Assembly: GCF_000497125.1 (NCBI RefSeq)
Contig: NC_090596.1
Location: forward strand, 372,001-436,000
Direction of reading: 5' to 3'
DNA from: Spironucleus salmonicida
Taxonomy: Eukaryota
Length of the DNA: 64,000 nt
Part shown: one piece after another, positions 25,165-39,006 of the stretch
Position numbering within the stretch: position 1 is the stretch's first letter
Layout: each line of letters starts with the position of its first letter
Translations under genes and position numbers: made by a program
Notes under the pieces: model-generated
Database searches by the model: none
What the model saw: the letters and a program-made list of their open reading frames with translations, nothing else
What the model was told of the DNA's origin: nothing

Positions 25165-27027
25165 TCATTTAAATTTTTCTGCAAATTTAATGTCTTCATC
25201 AGTAAGATGTGAAACTATATACATTTTTTAACCTAAAATTATTGAAAATGTAACTTTTTGAGCGTTTCTAACACTGCTTTTCCCAATAGTTAATGGATCT
25301 TATTCACGCTACTTAAAAAATTTATTCTCCAAACCATTGAAATATGCAACATGTTATGTAGCCGCAGCAAATGCTGCATTAACGGTAGGTGGTTCAAACA
25401 TATCATAGAACTTTGTTTAATTTTTTAATTATAAAAATATTTTCTTCTACAAACTACTTTATTACTACCATAAAATTTATTAAAAATCATCTTAAAAACC
25501 ATCATTTGGTATGAATATATCTCCTGAAGCCATAAAACTTGCTATTTTTAAAGCTTCATCTTGAAATGTTGAGCAAATAGTAACAAAAAATGCAAGTTCT
25601 GGACCTAATGATATTTAAAGGCAATGATGACCAAATTACGTTAATTTAAGATAATTATTGTCATGTGTGATAAATTTTAATCTAGAAAGTGTTTCAATAG
25701 CCATTAATAATTTTTAAGAATCAGGAGGGTCTGGAAATGGATAACTAATTATAGTTTATATGTAAATTTCACTTAAAGAATTATTAGAAAGAAGTAGAAT
25801 AAGGTCACAAATTGTTTATTCTAAACGAATTCTAGATATTTCAGGGGTAGTGTGAGATTTAAGATTCTTATAATTCTCTTAAGAAAGTTAAGAAAAAAAT
25901 ATCCCAGGCCTAACTCTACCTGCACGTCCCTTTCTCTGCTAAAATGATGATTTTGATATAGTTTCTATAATAAGTGTGTTAGAGTGCTTTTAGTTATCAT
26001 AATATAATGTTTTTTGCATAGCTGAGTCAATTACAATTGTGATATTTTATATTGTAATAGAAGTCTCTGCAATATTTGTAGAAATAATAACATTAATAAC
26101 ATTTTCTTAATAATTTTGAACAAAAATTTCGTTTTATTTTTGAATTGATAGCTAGCCATGTAATGGAAAGAAATTAAATTGAATCTTGCGCTTTAAGTTA
26201 ATTGTAGTATAAAAATTGTCCAAAAAAATATCTAGCTTTTTAAGCTATTATAAAATGTTATAAATTTCGTTTTATCCTGGCATGAAAATTAAAATATCTC
26301 CAATATATTTATTGATATCAAGTTTCATATTGTTAATTTGATAACCTTTTTATTAAGAATAATGTTAAAACTCCTGCTAATATTTTTCTTCAACAGATAA
26401 TTTTACTATGATTTGTTATGATGTTTATATAACAAACTAAGTAAACTATTGAGATGATTGGTTATATACAACTTGAACTGGATACATTTTTCCGGATACA
26501 CATAGTTCATTTTCTTAAGTTTATTAGGATGCAGAGGTAATAATCGTTTTAATATTTTTTGTAATAAGATATCCTCTAATTAGATCTTGTGCTGCTGTTC
26601 TTTCATGCGCCTCATCAACGATCACCCAATATTCACTAAATTAAGTAGCACATCTTAAAAACATGCCATCTGTAATAAAAATATAATTCGTATTTTTAAT
26701 TCGTTAGTCAAATCTGACCATATAATCACAATTTAAAAAATTAGCTAATGATACTGCCGCTAGTCGTCTAGGTTAAATTATTACAACTTTTTAGTTGAAA
26801 TACTTAAAAATAATTTGAGGTAATATTGTTGATTTTCCAGAGCCAGTTTCTGCTCGGATAAAAAGAATTTATTAATTCGATGATAAAAAATTAGCAATTG
26901 TATTTTCTTACTATGATAAAGGGAAGTCCTAGTTTAATTCAATTTTATTCAAAGGTATCTTTTAGCTTGGCCTAAATTTTAGTTAAAGTTTAGGTCTTTC
27001 AATTTTTTATGTTGGCTCTTCATTCAT
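25165..27027 (-). CDS. DEAH-box RNA helicase (Prp43/Dhr-like)
   Basis: AETGSGKS, QPRRLAA, TDGM, DEAHERT, FMPG, STNIAETSITI and QRKGRAGR. Confidence 0.93.
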
Positions 27028-27295
27028 ATTTATCGGTTATATACGATATATAATTATATGTTAAAGTTTAAAATATTAATACATAATTATTGGTATAATA
27101 TAACTAACGATATAGTAAGAGAAAGACTAATAAAACTTCCTTTCCTAGACTCGTATTCACTTATAGCTAACATTTTATTGCAATTAATAGTTATAAATTA
27201 ATCTACTCTATTATTTAAAGCAAAAATACTGTAATTATCACGAAAATATATTATATTTATTTTTGTAATATAATAACTTTATTAATTAATTTAAA

Positions 27296-27871
27296 ATGTC
27301 CACCCAATCTTTAGAGGAAAAGACGAAACTTATATCTTATTGTCTTTAAAAACTTTATAAATAGAAAGATGAAAAAAAAGTCTATATATTGATATAAAAA
27401 GCTAAGAATCAGTCAGATATTTGGAAAAAAATTTCGAATCCAGCACGAATGAATTACTAAGAATGTAAGACGATTTATTATAAATTTATTGCGCCTAAAG
27501 TACTACAAAATGATATTTAGGATGAAACATTATCAAAAAGATAGATACTTTTTTAATAACTTTTTAAAGACTAAATTATTCTTAAAAAATTAATTAATAC
27601 AGATAAAATCAATAACTCTTGCTTAGTTACGGATTTTATATAGGATTTTATATTAAAATTTAATTTAAATACAGTTACTATCGGTAAATAGACTTCCTAA
27701 TAATTATAGTTCATAGGATAAAGATTAGTTAAAGTGTTTAGCAAAGAATTCTCATTGGTAGATACCGCTAGAGGCGAAAAGTCAAGTGTTCTATAAGTTC
27801 CAAACATAGAAACAGCAGAGGCTTATCTTCTATTTTTAGATAATGTAATAACAAACAATAAGTTATAGTGA
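27296..27871 (+). CDS. hypothetical protein, possible degenerate Myb/SANT-like domain
   Basis: IWKKISNPARMNYQECKTIYYKFI resembles Myb helices 2-3; ends in AGTGA. Confidence 0.5.
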
Positions 27872-27910
27872 TATATAATTAGTTATATTTTAAAATTCTA
27901 CCATTTCACA

Positions 27911-28372
27911 ATGTCAAACCCACTGGATAAGGCAAATGAACTTTTTAGAGCAATAGATAAAGATAACTCAGGTTCTATCACAGTAGATGAGGCTTATGAG
28001 GCCTTTTCATAATCTGGTGTTAAATGGAAGCGTACTACATTTGATAGGCTTTTAGAACTTGCAGATTAAAATAATAATGGTGTGTTAGAGCCAGATGAAT
28101 TTCGCCATTTCATGAAATTAATGTTAGTTTATGCTGATCCTGATCTGGACGCTTAAGATTTATTCTTTGTTGCAGCCGATGTAGATGGATCTGGCACAAT
28201 TGAGGCACCAGAACTTGCTTTCATTTTCAAGAAGATGGGGTTAGATATGACTCTATCTGAATGTGAATAAATTATTGCAGGTATCGAGGCTAGCTTAGAT
28301 ATTCCAGGGAAACTTACATTAAGAGATTTTAAGACAGTTATGCGTGCTGTTAAAATGTCAATTTATCAGTGA
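27911..28372 (+). CDS. EF-hand calmodulin-like protein
   Basis: Loops DKDNSGSITVDE, DQNNNGVLEPDE and DVDGSGTIEAPE. Confidence 0.92.
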
Positions 28373-28492
28373 TCAGTTATCTTAATATTTAGTTATATTC
28401 AAAATAAATTTAGATATTTAGCAAATTAGTAGTTTATATCAATATTTATATATAATATTATTATTGAATATATTCACTCCAATTCCGCAAAA

Positions 28493-29509
28493 ATGTCTCT
28501 TGATATACCATCAATTATCAATTTACCTTTCTCTATATCATAATCTTCTCCTTCTACGCAAATACTTAATGCTTTACCTCACTCGTTATCAATATTACTT
28601 AGACATTATAAATTATCATAAATTCGTATTTCAGCACTCATAAAATGTTTAAATAGGTCAGAGTATCTTTTGGCTGAGTCAAACAACACACTTTTTGTTT
28701 CTCGTGATGGATCATTCTGGTCTCCACTTCCAGTTCTTGATCTGAAAGATCTCGAAACACTTGAGAAAGAAGGATTTGGAATATTTTCTAGATAAGCATT
28801 TCTTGGTGATCCAGGTGTAGTATTAGCTGGTGAATTAACTGAAATGCATAGAGTTTCTTAATTTGCAGTATTTTTGTAAAATTATGCACTATATCCTAAA
28901 AATTCTCGTTCGTATGCTGAAAGATGGCAAGGAATGAATGGTTAAGAAGCTGGAGATATTCAAAATTATGAATTTTAAGCATCAGATGCTGATAAATAAT
29001 AAGGATAAGGTTCATATTTTGATTTCTACTTTAATAAGCACTAAGATAAGAGCTTTTATAGATTAAAATAAGACGCTTTCAATAAGAGAACTATTTTAGA
29101 ATTTAGATTGCTTCCATAATTTAAATGTTATTATTATTGGAATTAACGAGTGTATGGATGGTAATATGTGGATACACATTATTCTCATAATAATGCTTTA
29201 TTGAGCCATCATAAGTGTATATTTAATTAAGAATTAAATGTTGATTTAACTATTAAATAGAAAACAACTTTAGAAGAGATATAGAATTAAATTAGTGAAG
29301 AAGTTTTAGAAGACAATAAAGTTTTAGCCGAAAGAAAGGTAAAGTCTGATGAGTTATAAGCTAAGAAGAATGAAATTAAAAAGAAAATTAAAGAATATAA
29401 GGCCGACAAGATTAGAAAAGAAAAGGAAAAAGCTGAGAAGGAAGAAGCTGAAAGAAAGGCGGCTGAGGAAAAGTAAGAAGGTGAAGAGGGTGAAGCTGAA
29501 ACAGAGTGA
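28493..29509 (+). CDS. radial spoke head protein 9-like with acidic/coiled tail
   Basis: YLLA...FVSRDG..W, FLGDP, LTEMHRVS and WQGM resemble RSPH9. Confidence 0.55.
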
Positions 29510-29691
29510 TATCACCTATGTCACATGATTCATACGAATATTATATATATAAGAAAACTGTCCTTTGCTAGTGAAATACTCATTGTAGTATTTATTGCAA
29601 AAGATATTTTATTAATATTACTCACTATAATAGTAAAAGTATATTAAAATATGATCAAATAAACTTAATATTAGAACATTAAATTATATTT

Positions 29692-30249
29692 ATGTCTAAG
29701 TATACTTCTCTTTGCCAATAATTATTCTTTTTCTATGCTTAATTTTTATAAAGTTATGATAAACTGAATATTTAGTTTATAATAGCTATATTGTTGGCAT
29801 TTAAGTTTGTAGTTAAGTAGTTATAACAGTTAGAAATAATGAAAGTTTTTATTTGTTAAAATTTGATATTTCATCACTAAATGTTAAAGTAGACTAATAT
29901 CCCTCCAAAGATTCCTATAGCTATGCTTCTGGCTAATCCAATTTTTTCTTATCTTTATTCAATTTTTAGTAATTATTCTTAAACTTATTCTAAATTTCCT
30001 TTACCATTAAATATCATAGGAAACCACTCTATATATAGCTCTTATGATAAAATTTTTTTAAGTATTGCCTTTGGGGTTTTGATAAATTATAAAAGTAATA
30101 AAAATATACTAAGAACAAAAGACACAAATAACAAAAACTATTTGCTGAAATATATACTACCTTCCAATAATTTACGCTTTAATAATATTTTAATCTATTT
30201 TTACTTTCTTATGTGTATTTTTTATGCTTATGATTCAAATCCCTTATGA
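29692..30249 (+). CDS. doubtful ORF (185 aa) in a low-complexity AT-rich region
   Basis: Open frame only; no motif and no AGTGA end. Confidence 0.2.
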
Positions 30250-30586
30250 AGAAAATCTGATATTTTATCGGCTTCTAACTATGAAGCGGACTACAAGATG
30301 TTTTGAATGGAACGTTATGACTATGGATTTGAAATAAAAGGTAATGGGTGCAATTAATGTAGCGGAGTATGAAAATGAAGCTTTTAATTGTTAAGATATA
30401 AATAATCTTAAATATCATATACACCATATGACACAGAAATAACTGTCTACTATAATATTTTAATCTATTATTCCAAGTTCATAATCTATTATTACTACTG
30501 CAGTATGGTAGACTATAACTATTACATTTACACATTCATTTTCTATAATTAACTATTTATTATTTATGATATCCTTATATTAAAAA

Positions 30587-31804
30587 ATGTAAGTTATCTA
30601 AGAATCGCTAATTTAAATCAACAAATCAGAGTAAATCGTACTGAAGCAGCACATTATAGATATTTTAACGGATGAAAACAATGCATATTACTCCAGAAAA
30701 CTGAACTAATTGATACCTTTTTCAACAGTGAAATTATACTCTGAAGAGCAAACCTACTATTAAAACAAGCTGAATCAGAGCCTTTTAGCATGTGATTTCT
30801 ACTAAAATGAACCAAATATGCTAGTGTACTCCCTATTGATGCTCGTCCCCTCCCCGCATCATTTCTGCCCCCACTTCATCTCGAACTGCGCCGTGCAATG
30901 TAACATTTGCAAGATTTTCCATGACTGCAAATACTGTCACCCTTCTACTCATGCATTCAAGTTTTCAGGCAAAATTTAGTGTAAATCATGCGAATGCGAA
31001 CAGGAAATGGTGGCCAAATGTACGAGGTGCGGCGAGGTCCTCAACGTATAAAGCTGTGTAATTTGTGGTATTTCAACGCTCATTCCAGCCGACATCGTAC
31101 CGCTCTTCCACTGCCCCGACTGTACACGCTGCATCACTGGCACGCCAGAACTCGCAATTCACTGCTTCACCTGCGGCCGCTGCGCGCTGCCCGATCACTT
31201 GTGCCTCAAAAACGAGCAATGTAGCGTCTGTCTCGACGACTTTAATGGGTAGGGTGGGGTTACCGTTCTCGAGTGCCAGCATGCGCTTCACACGCAGTGC
31301 TACGAGAAGCTCATCTACTAGGTCGACGAATGCCCACTCTGTAGGTACCAGGCATCTATGGGGCTAGCAAGTGGCGTGCTTTCGCTGGCCAAGGAAAAGC
31401 TTTTCCAGGAGTACGTTGAGCAGAAGCGCCTGGACATATTTGTGGACTGTAAGTGTAAGAAGTGCACCTATCGGTTCATTTCGCGGGATCGGAATTGCCT
31501 GAAGTGCTTCAAATGTGGTTAATTTGCAGTCAGCAAGGGCGGGGTGCGCGAATACGAAGGGATCTATTAAAAGTATATAGAGTAACAATATGTGGAGGAG
31601 CCCGTGCAAATATTGGCAGAGTACCTCAAGCGAACGATGAAGGAGAAATACTTGCCGAAAGAAGTTCAATTTGTAGAGAATGATGCATTTTAGTAGCTTC
31701 TAGATGAGCTGGATGTGAAAAACGATAAGCATCTAGTCTAGCTGCTCAAAGACGTTGAGTTTCCGAATACTTTCCGGCTTTTGATGGAAAAAGTTTTATA
31801 GTGA
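30587..31804 (+). CDS. CHY-RING-zinc ribbon E3 ligase (Pirh2-like), paralog 2
   Basis: FCPHFISNC, CKYCH, RING CSVC..CQHALHTQC..CPLC and CKKC..CFKC; intact, ends in AGTGA. Confidence 0.85.
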
Positions 31805-31851
31805 ATAAACATTATTATATAATATAGATTGAATGAAAAATATATTTATTA

Positions 31852-32535
31852 ATGGAATTAATCAAGAATAAAATATAGAAATCGTTAGATGATAATTACA
31901 TGATACCAGAAGACGTCGTTATCGGATTCTTATTCATGGTAATGCCAATAATGCTAATTTGTTTGGTTATTATTTTATAAAGTGGAGATTTTATTGTTAG
32001 TCTACGAGTTATTCTCAACCTCATATTTTAGATTTATTCTTAATTAAATTATTATGTATTTTATATCGTGAGGAAATTATTGAATTAAAGATTTTAAACA
32101 TACCCGAAATAAATTATTCTGAAGTAAAATAAAAAATTAATTATTAAAAACAGTTGTTAAATAACATAATAAAATAACACGTATATATTTGAACTAGAAA
32201 ATAATTGGAAACTGTCTACTATCAAAGCTGATATTATACAGCAAGCTGCAATAATCGATAATCCTGGTATCATAATGCTTCATCACAACATTCCTATATA
32301 ACCAATAAACTTACTGAGAATTATCAAAGGGGAACTTTTGGTTGATTTATTCGCTCAAACAATAGTATAACGTGAAATCATTTTACGACTTTTAGACCGA
32401 AATAAAAACTATAATTTAAAGTAAAGAGTGCAACTCATACTAGATTTCGCGAAATAAATTAATGAAGATTCAAATTTGATATTCATTATTTTTGATAGTA
32501 AATTTAGAGAATACGTCCTTGAGAATATGATGTGA
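31852..32535 (+). CDS. hypothetical membrane protein (227 aa)
   Basis: Hydrophobic N-terminal segment VVIGFLFMVMPIMLICLVIIL. Confidence 0.55.
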
Positions 32536-32731
32536 AAAATATTGTTACTAATATTGTATTATTGGTTGATACCATAAAATTCTTAGAAATTTATAACATA
32601 TATCAAATATACGGTTAAAATCAATAGTAATTAAATTAACAGTGTCTCATTATTTTCAACTACATCAATAAATTCTATAATAAATTAAGGATATCGGTAT
32701 ATAATATTATAAACTCTTTACTTATAATAAA

Positions 32732-34054
32732 ATGACCCTTCACCCTCTCTTAATTCCCACGCATGCTAAGCAAATATAAAACTGTCAAACTACTTCGTAA
32801 ACTTACTTAAATGCATTAGCAGTCCGTCCCGCATATCAAATTGAAGCTATTGAAGTTGTATATTTTTTAGAAATTAATGGTAGAAAACACTTAACTCAGG
32901 CTGCAGTTATCACACCAGTTGGTGATAATTCTGCATTTTGGGCTCGTGAAACTTAAAAATTATTCAAAATTTGTAGTTTGCAAACATACTCCTAGGATCT
33001 CAAACCATACGAAATGCGCCGAATTTCTCATCTTTAAAACTATAAGTAATTGCTTCAATCGTCTAACTATTTTGGTTATTTCTTTAAATATTATTCACGT
33101 CCTGTTACAGGTTGTTTACACTAAATTTCTGGATGTTCTTATAATTGTGCAACCTGTAATCGTTTTCATATCTGTGTAAACTGCCATAATGATATATCAC
33201 CAGAGCATCCCGTCAAGTATACATTATAAATTAAATGCTTGTTTTGTGATTTTATATAACATTTTGCTTCCACTTGTGTTAATTGTAAGTAAAAATTCGG
33301 TAATTATTGTTGTGATATCTGCTAAGTAAATACACACGAAACGGACTTTTCGACATCATTATTTCATTGCACAAAATGTAATTCCTGTCACTAAATAGAC
33401 TTTGAATTTTGTGAAATATGCCATCAATGTAATAACGATATGGAGCATATTTGTGGTTCAGACCAAGTTTGCGTTGTGTGTTTTGAAAAAATGAGTAATG
33501 ATCAAGTTTAAAGCGATTGTAAGCATTTCATGTGTTATAAATGCTACAGATTGAAAATCAGTGAGAATGACGTTAAATGTCCAATTTGTAAGAAAACTTT
33601 TCTACTTGAACAGGATTTAATTGGTTTCAAGGTGAAATTTTAAGAAATATACAGCTCAATGTATAATACTAATAGTGGTTTAATAAAAAATTAGTGTAAT
33701 GATTGTGGAAAAGTTATTTATTAAAAAGAGAATATTATATAGTATTGTAAAAGCTGTAATTTTTACAATGTTGAAAAGTTGTATCATATGGACTAGATGG
33801 AAAAGGAACATTTGTTTGAACCTAACTTAAAAAGCATGAAATAGTATTTATTAGATGTTTACAGTGATGAGATACGCTCAAAGTTTAACTTAAAAGGTGC
33901 AAATGAAAGAAAACTAATTAGCGAAATATATAAGTTTTTGGGTATTTCTGCAGATAATCAAACAGCTTGTAAAATGATGCAGGTGGTGAAGGCAGGAATG
34001 AGGCTTGAGCAGATTAGAGTTGAGCTTAAAATAAGAAGGAATAGTAAAAAGTGA
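32732..34054 (+). CDS. CHY-RING-zinc ribbon E3 ligase (Pirh2-like), paralog 3
   Basis: GCLHQISGC, CVNCH, RING CVVC..CKHFMCYKC..CPIC and SGLIKNQCNDC..YCKSCNFYNVE; intact. Confidence 0.85.
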
Positions 34055-34368
34055 ATAGGTAGTATTATAGATTAGTTCGGTAGTTTATAATTCTAATTAT
34101 TATTAGAAACTTATAAAATAGTCGAAATTTAATATAATATCCATTCGTTTGTTTATCTATCGTGCGTCTTTGTTATCTCTCCTAATAAAATGGGCAGGAT
34201 TATTATCTAAATTTTTCAGACACTGATATATAATAATAACGTAATGCTTATATGAAATTAATAATTACTACGCTTATATTTATGCTGTTTATTAGTAAGC
34301 CCTATGTGCTCATTATTCTATAGTTTCAGTTAGTTTTGTATATTGCTAGCTAGCAACAGATAATCTTA

Positions 34369-36656
34369 TTTTTACTACTAACTAAGATTATTATGGGACT
34401 ACCGAGAACAGGAAAAAATTAGAGTAGAACCGACGTGCACCAGAGTAACTCTAACGCTAGTACTAAATTATTTATTGCGACTTGCTAAAACCTCGGAATT
34501 TGAATAAATAAAATTATTTTATCACCTACACTAAATTTACTGATCTCAAGCTGCCACTGTACTGATATATATTTGTATTTTCATTTTAGCATGCAGATAT
34601 TTGGACTTTGAAAATTGAATCACCCATGGGCATCGTTTTATTTTTCGTTAACCTCTATTTGCTATCATTATATGAATATTTTGATGATAAAAGTTATATC
34701 GTAAAGTTAGGACCTACGATACCAGCTTATTGAAGTTGAGATATGCTCTGATTTAAAAGGCTATATGTTTTATTAATTTTAAAGAGGTAGTTGTACATTC
34801 TGCGGAGTAGTGTCTTAGCTACTCTGCGTACCAGTTCTATATTTTTAACTCGTTATATTACCTGTAATAGGCGTTAATGGAATTTGAAATCATTAATCTA
34901 TAGATTATGTTCCAATTTACACGAAAATAAATATTAAAACTTAGTGTTTTCAGAACATTACCGGCATAACTCGGGTTTTCTGCTACTATTTTGTACTTTT
35001 CTTCTTAATCTACCACGGCGGTCCCACCACATGCATTCCTGGCGCCCATTTTATCTGAGCAATTTGCTCACGGGTCTGGATGATGTAGATCTGGTATCCT
35101 TAAGCATAAATATCAGAAGTTCCGAGTACATCGAGCAGGTTTTTTATATTCCTGTGGAATGCGTGTAACCACGCACTGCCCTGGTGTAGGCAGGATCACA
35201 CTCTGAGCTAGCGCTGTTGGAGTCTTTTATTGCCATTTATACAGGCGGATAATTTATTACCATCAGAAGCATCGCAGATAGCAAAGCCGGCTTCAGTATT
35301 GCAGTAGCATTATTCTGTTCTATTCCTGTACAGGAAGCGCATTTTCCATCTTTGAGAAAATAGGTTTTTTGCAAAGAGTGTAGGTTCTTTTCTGGTAGAA
35401 TACGTCTATCACGCATTATAGCACGCGGTGTAGGAAGTTACTTACAGTAAATTCCCAGGGAGGTAGGCCAGCGGGTGCTTAGGGGTCCAGATCAGTTAGC
35501 GAAGTTAGAGATGCAGTCCTTACAGGTGGTGGAGTGGATTTAGTTTACGCTGCAATCGGAGTTTTGATTGCAGTTTTAGTGCAGGAGCTGCTGGTATCGA
35601 AGCCAACCCTACACGTCGTACCGGTTGCATTGTTATCGGCGCATGTATTCGTAAATTGCATACCAGGTAGTTCGTTCGGTGGCCGTGCTGAACTGAACTT
35701 TGTATACCATGTTCGTAATCCAGCCCTAGCAATTGTTGTGCCAGTTATAGAAGTTATCCTTGCAGGCTTAGCAGGTTGCTTTGTCTCCATCGTGGTTCAG
35801 GCGCCTGTCTGAGCAGATTTCGCAGGGACTTCCATATAAACTGTACCCGGCAGTGCATGAGGAGCAGGCGGTTGAGCTTATAGGGCTCGCAGTTCATTAA
35901 TATTCTTGGTTACATTTTACGTATTTGTCATCTTCTACTTTGACGTCCCTTTGGGATTCCGTACAGGTGTCTTTGTTGGCAGAGCATTTCGTGCGAGATT
36001 AATGTCCACTGCGTACCAATCAGCGCATGCTGTGCATGCAGCTGCACTAGAAGACGTGTAGCAGTTCCTAGAAAATGCAAAGCAAGACTTAGAGTGATTT
36101 TCAACAGACTCGAAAAGCCACCTTTGTCACGGAATAGGGACGGGAATTATTGGTATCATCGTTGCCGATACATGTTTCCCGTTTGACTCTATCTGTCTTG
36201 CAGGTGGCAAAATTTCATATGCAAGGGAAAGATTGGTCATCAACACTATTGGAATACCTACGACCGATTAGAAATTTGTCATTCTTGCATTCCGAACAAG
36301 TTTCAGAGGTGCTACTGTAATTCTTGTATTCAGCATTTCAATCATCACGAATGCTAGCACTTGTAAGAAACTTGCCAGTTTCACAAGATTAACACTTTAC
36401 TAACGCTTTTAGCTTCATTTATTTACAAGATGCTAGGTAAAAATCCTGGTAGGTGTGCAGTAGAGTAGCTAGAAACTATGGTTGTTTTATAATAGGAAAG
36501 ACGCGTATAGTTTTTAAGAGGAGTTAAAAGTTTAAGTCTAGGTTAAAGCAGAATACAAATATTAGTAATAACATTAAAATTCAAATATGTACATATTTTG
36601 AAGATAAATTTATATTTTATTATCGCTTTTTATTACATACCTCGATAGTTCAAAGT
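34369..36656 (-). repeat. right arm of the 2288-bp inverted repeat (second copy of the CRMP pseudogene)
   Basis: Reverse complement of 9101-11388; the ORF track shows identical mirrored entries. Confidence 0.97.
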
Positions 36657-36897
36657 GTATAAAATAGTTGACTATTGATACATTCGCTAAAATTTAATTT
36701 TTATCAAATTTACAATGATAGTACTGAGCAATAATAAATAAAATATTTCATAATTCGTAAGTAGTATATAAAAATCAAGGTCTTTTTAATCAATTTAAAT
36801 AATAAACAATGTCAATGAATGTTATAAATTAGTTATAATTATGTATATTAATAAGTAAAATATACGATATTTTGTATTTTACGAACCTTTCTTCATA

Positions 36898-37734
36898 ATG
36901 TTACTTAAAGAGTAAGTATATAAAGAAGAATGGAATATACCATAATAAAATATGCTTAAACTGTATTTTGGTAGCATAGCTACTTATAAATTCTACAATT
37001 AAGGTGAAAAATCGATATTTTATATACATGGTTTAAGTAACTCTGTCTAACTTTCAGCTCCATTTTTGAATTAACTTTCTAGACAGTATAATGTGTACAC
37101 ATTTGACTTACCAGGTCATGGGGATTCTGATATTTGCTTTGATTATTCGCTTGAGTATCTAGTATATATTTCTATCGAAGTTATAAAATTTTATTAGCTT
37201 GAGTCTTTTAATCTGATTGGACACTCCATAGGAGGATTAATCTCTGCAAGATTAAGTTATTATTTACAGAAAAATATTGAATAGGTAGTGTTAATTAATC
37301 CAGTTGGTGTATCATTATCTGACGTCAAATCACTAGGTTAAACATTAATGAAAAATGAAAAAATTTAAAATGCTTGCTTTCAATACCCAGCCCTATCAAA
37401 ATAATTTATTTTAGGTTAGATGAAATTGCTTAATAACAATCATGCATATACTTTAGCGAACCAATATTTAAAAATAAATTACTACAAAATGAAACAATCT
37501 CACAAACTTATTCTTTAAAATTTCCCGTTTACTAATTAATAAAAAATACTACTTAGTTTTACACATCCTTTTTCAATAATTTTGAGCAAGTTCGACCAGA
37601 TTTTGAATTCATAAAAAACCAAAGAACTTCTCCATAAATAAGCTAAGAGTGTGATGTGGCTTGATGCATATCATATGTGCACGATATCGATTCCAAAGAT
37701 AACTGCCGGTCAAGTAATTTATGCTCTAAAGTGA
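36898..37734 (+). CDS. alpha/beta-hydrolase fold protein, paralog of 12088-12900
   Basis: YIHGLS, YTFDLPGHGDS, GHSIGG and NFPF; ends in AGTGA. Confidence 0.9.
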
Positions 37735-38210
37735 AATACTAACTATAATCACATAATTTCTTCTAGTTTTTAGGCCTGCATCGCTTTCATATTTTACACT
37801 AAAACTACTATCTTCTAAAAGATTTATTTCCTTCAATATAAGTCTCAAATTATAAGACTAATCATTGATCCATATTCTACACACCATGTATGAAAGTATA
37901 TTATTCCATTATTTTCACTATATAAAATGCATATAGCCAATATCTACTTTACACTAGTTATTTTAATATAAATTCCTACACATTTTTATTATTGCATAAG
38001 AAATATATTAATATGACACTAATGATAAATCTAGTTCTATATATCACAATACCTATAAATTTAGAATATTTATGATTAAAATCAACAAGATAATACCATT
38101 GATTCTAATTAAAATTTCACATTCCACTTATTTTTGTTCACAGCTAAATCAATTTTACTCCATTAAATTACGGTTCCTTTTCCATTTATTATATTATTAT
38201 GCAATAAAAA

Positions 38211-38263
38211 CCATACTCCTTTCCGCACCACCCCTACATTTGTGCCCTCTACATACCTACAAA
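38211..38263 (+). promoter_or_regulatory. C-rich proximal promoter with three CTACA motifs
   Basis: CTACA at 38234, 38249 and 38257, directly upstream of the CWP ATG. Confidence 0.55.
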
Positions 38264-38908
38264 ATGCTGCTTGTGCTCCAGAACATACAGGCATTGACGT
38301 CTTTTTTCGCGGACACAAATGGGAAAATTTCATGGAAAAACAGCACAAACTGGTAGACTTCCATCGATTTTTGCTCCTGGCACGGTGTAACCTGCGACAC
38401 CGCGCGGGACGTCGTCGGAATATCCCTTCGCGGGAACGGGCTCACGGGACGACTCTCGGAGAGCCTAGAATTCCTCCCAAAACTCAAATTCCTAGACCTC
38501 TCTAATAATACTTTTGAGACGAAATTGAAGGCCATCTGCGCCGTCAGGTCGCTCGAAATCTTCAGCATCCAAGACTCGAACGTCAACTTCGAGCTCCCGG
38601 ACTGCTTGTGTGACATGCCAAACTTGAAGGTTTTAGATGTTACTGGAAACAATATAATAGGCAATATTCCAAAATGTCTTAAACTTGATAGTTTGTTCAT
38701 AGAATGTAACGAAATAATGGACGAAATCGAAAATAATGAGATAAAGGAGCTATCATTTGGTTGTAATACTGATGTTATAGTTGATTATAATGCTTTTAAG
38801 GGGGTTTTGACCGGAAGTTGTACGTGTAAGGACACCAACAATTGCTAGAAAGTTTACAAAGGAAGATGCGGTAAGTACGTGCACGAGGGCTAATTTAGTG
38901 ATGAGTGA
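38264..38908 (+). CDS. cwp: cyst wall protein (Giardia CWP-like LRR protein)
   Basis: SWKNSTNW..FCSWHGVTC N-cap, LRRs, LPDCLCD, GNIPKC, ECN, GCNTD and a Cys tail TNNC..CGKY, matching CWP1-3 architecture. Confidence 0.88.
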
Positions 38909-39006
38909 GAAATAGGATGTCAGTTTAGGGCTAAAATTAAGTATTGTGATTAGAGTTGAACTGGTTTCTGAAGGAATATATATGGTTATAAGTTTTAGAA
39001 TAGTTT

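Noticed and set aside
30250-30400. GFEIKGNGCNQCSG fragment as another Cys-rich gene remnant
   Set aside because: Only one CxxC between TGAs; too little evidence to call.
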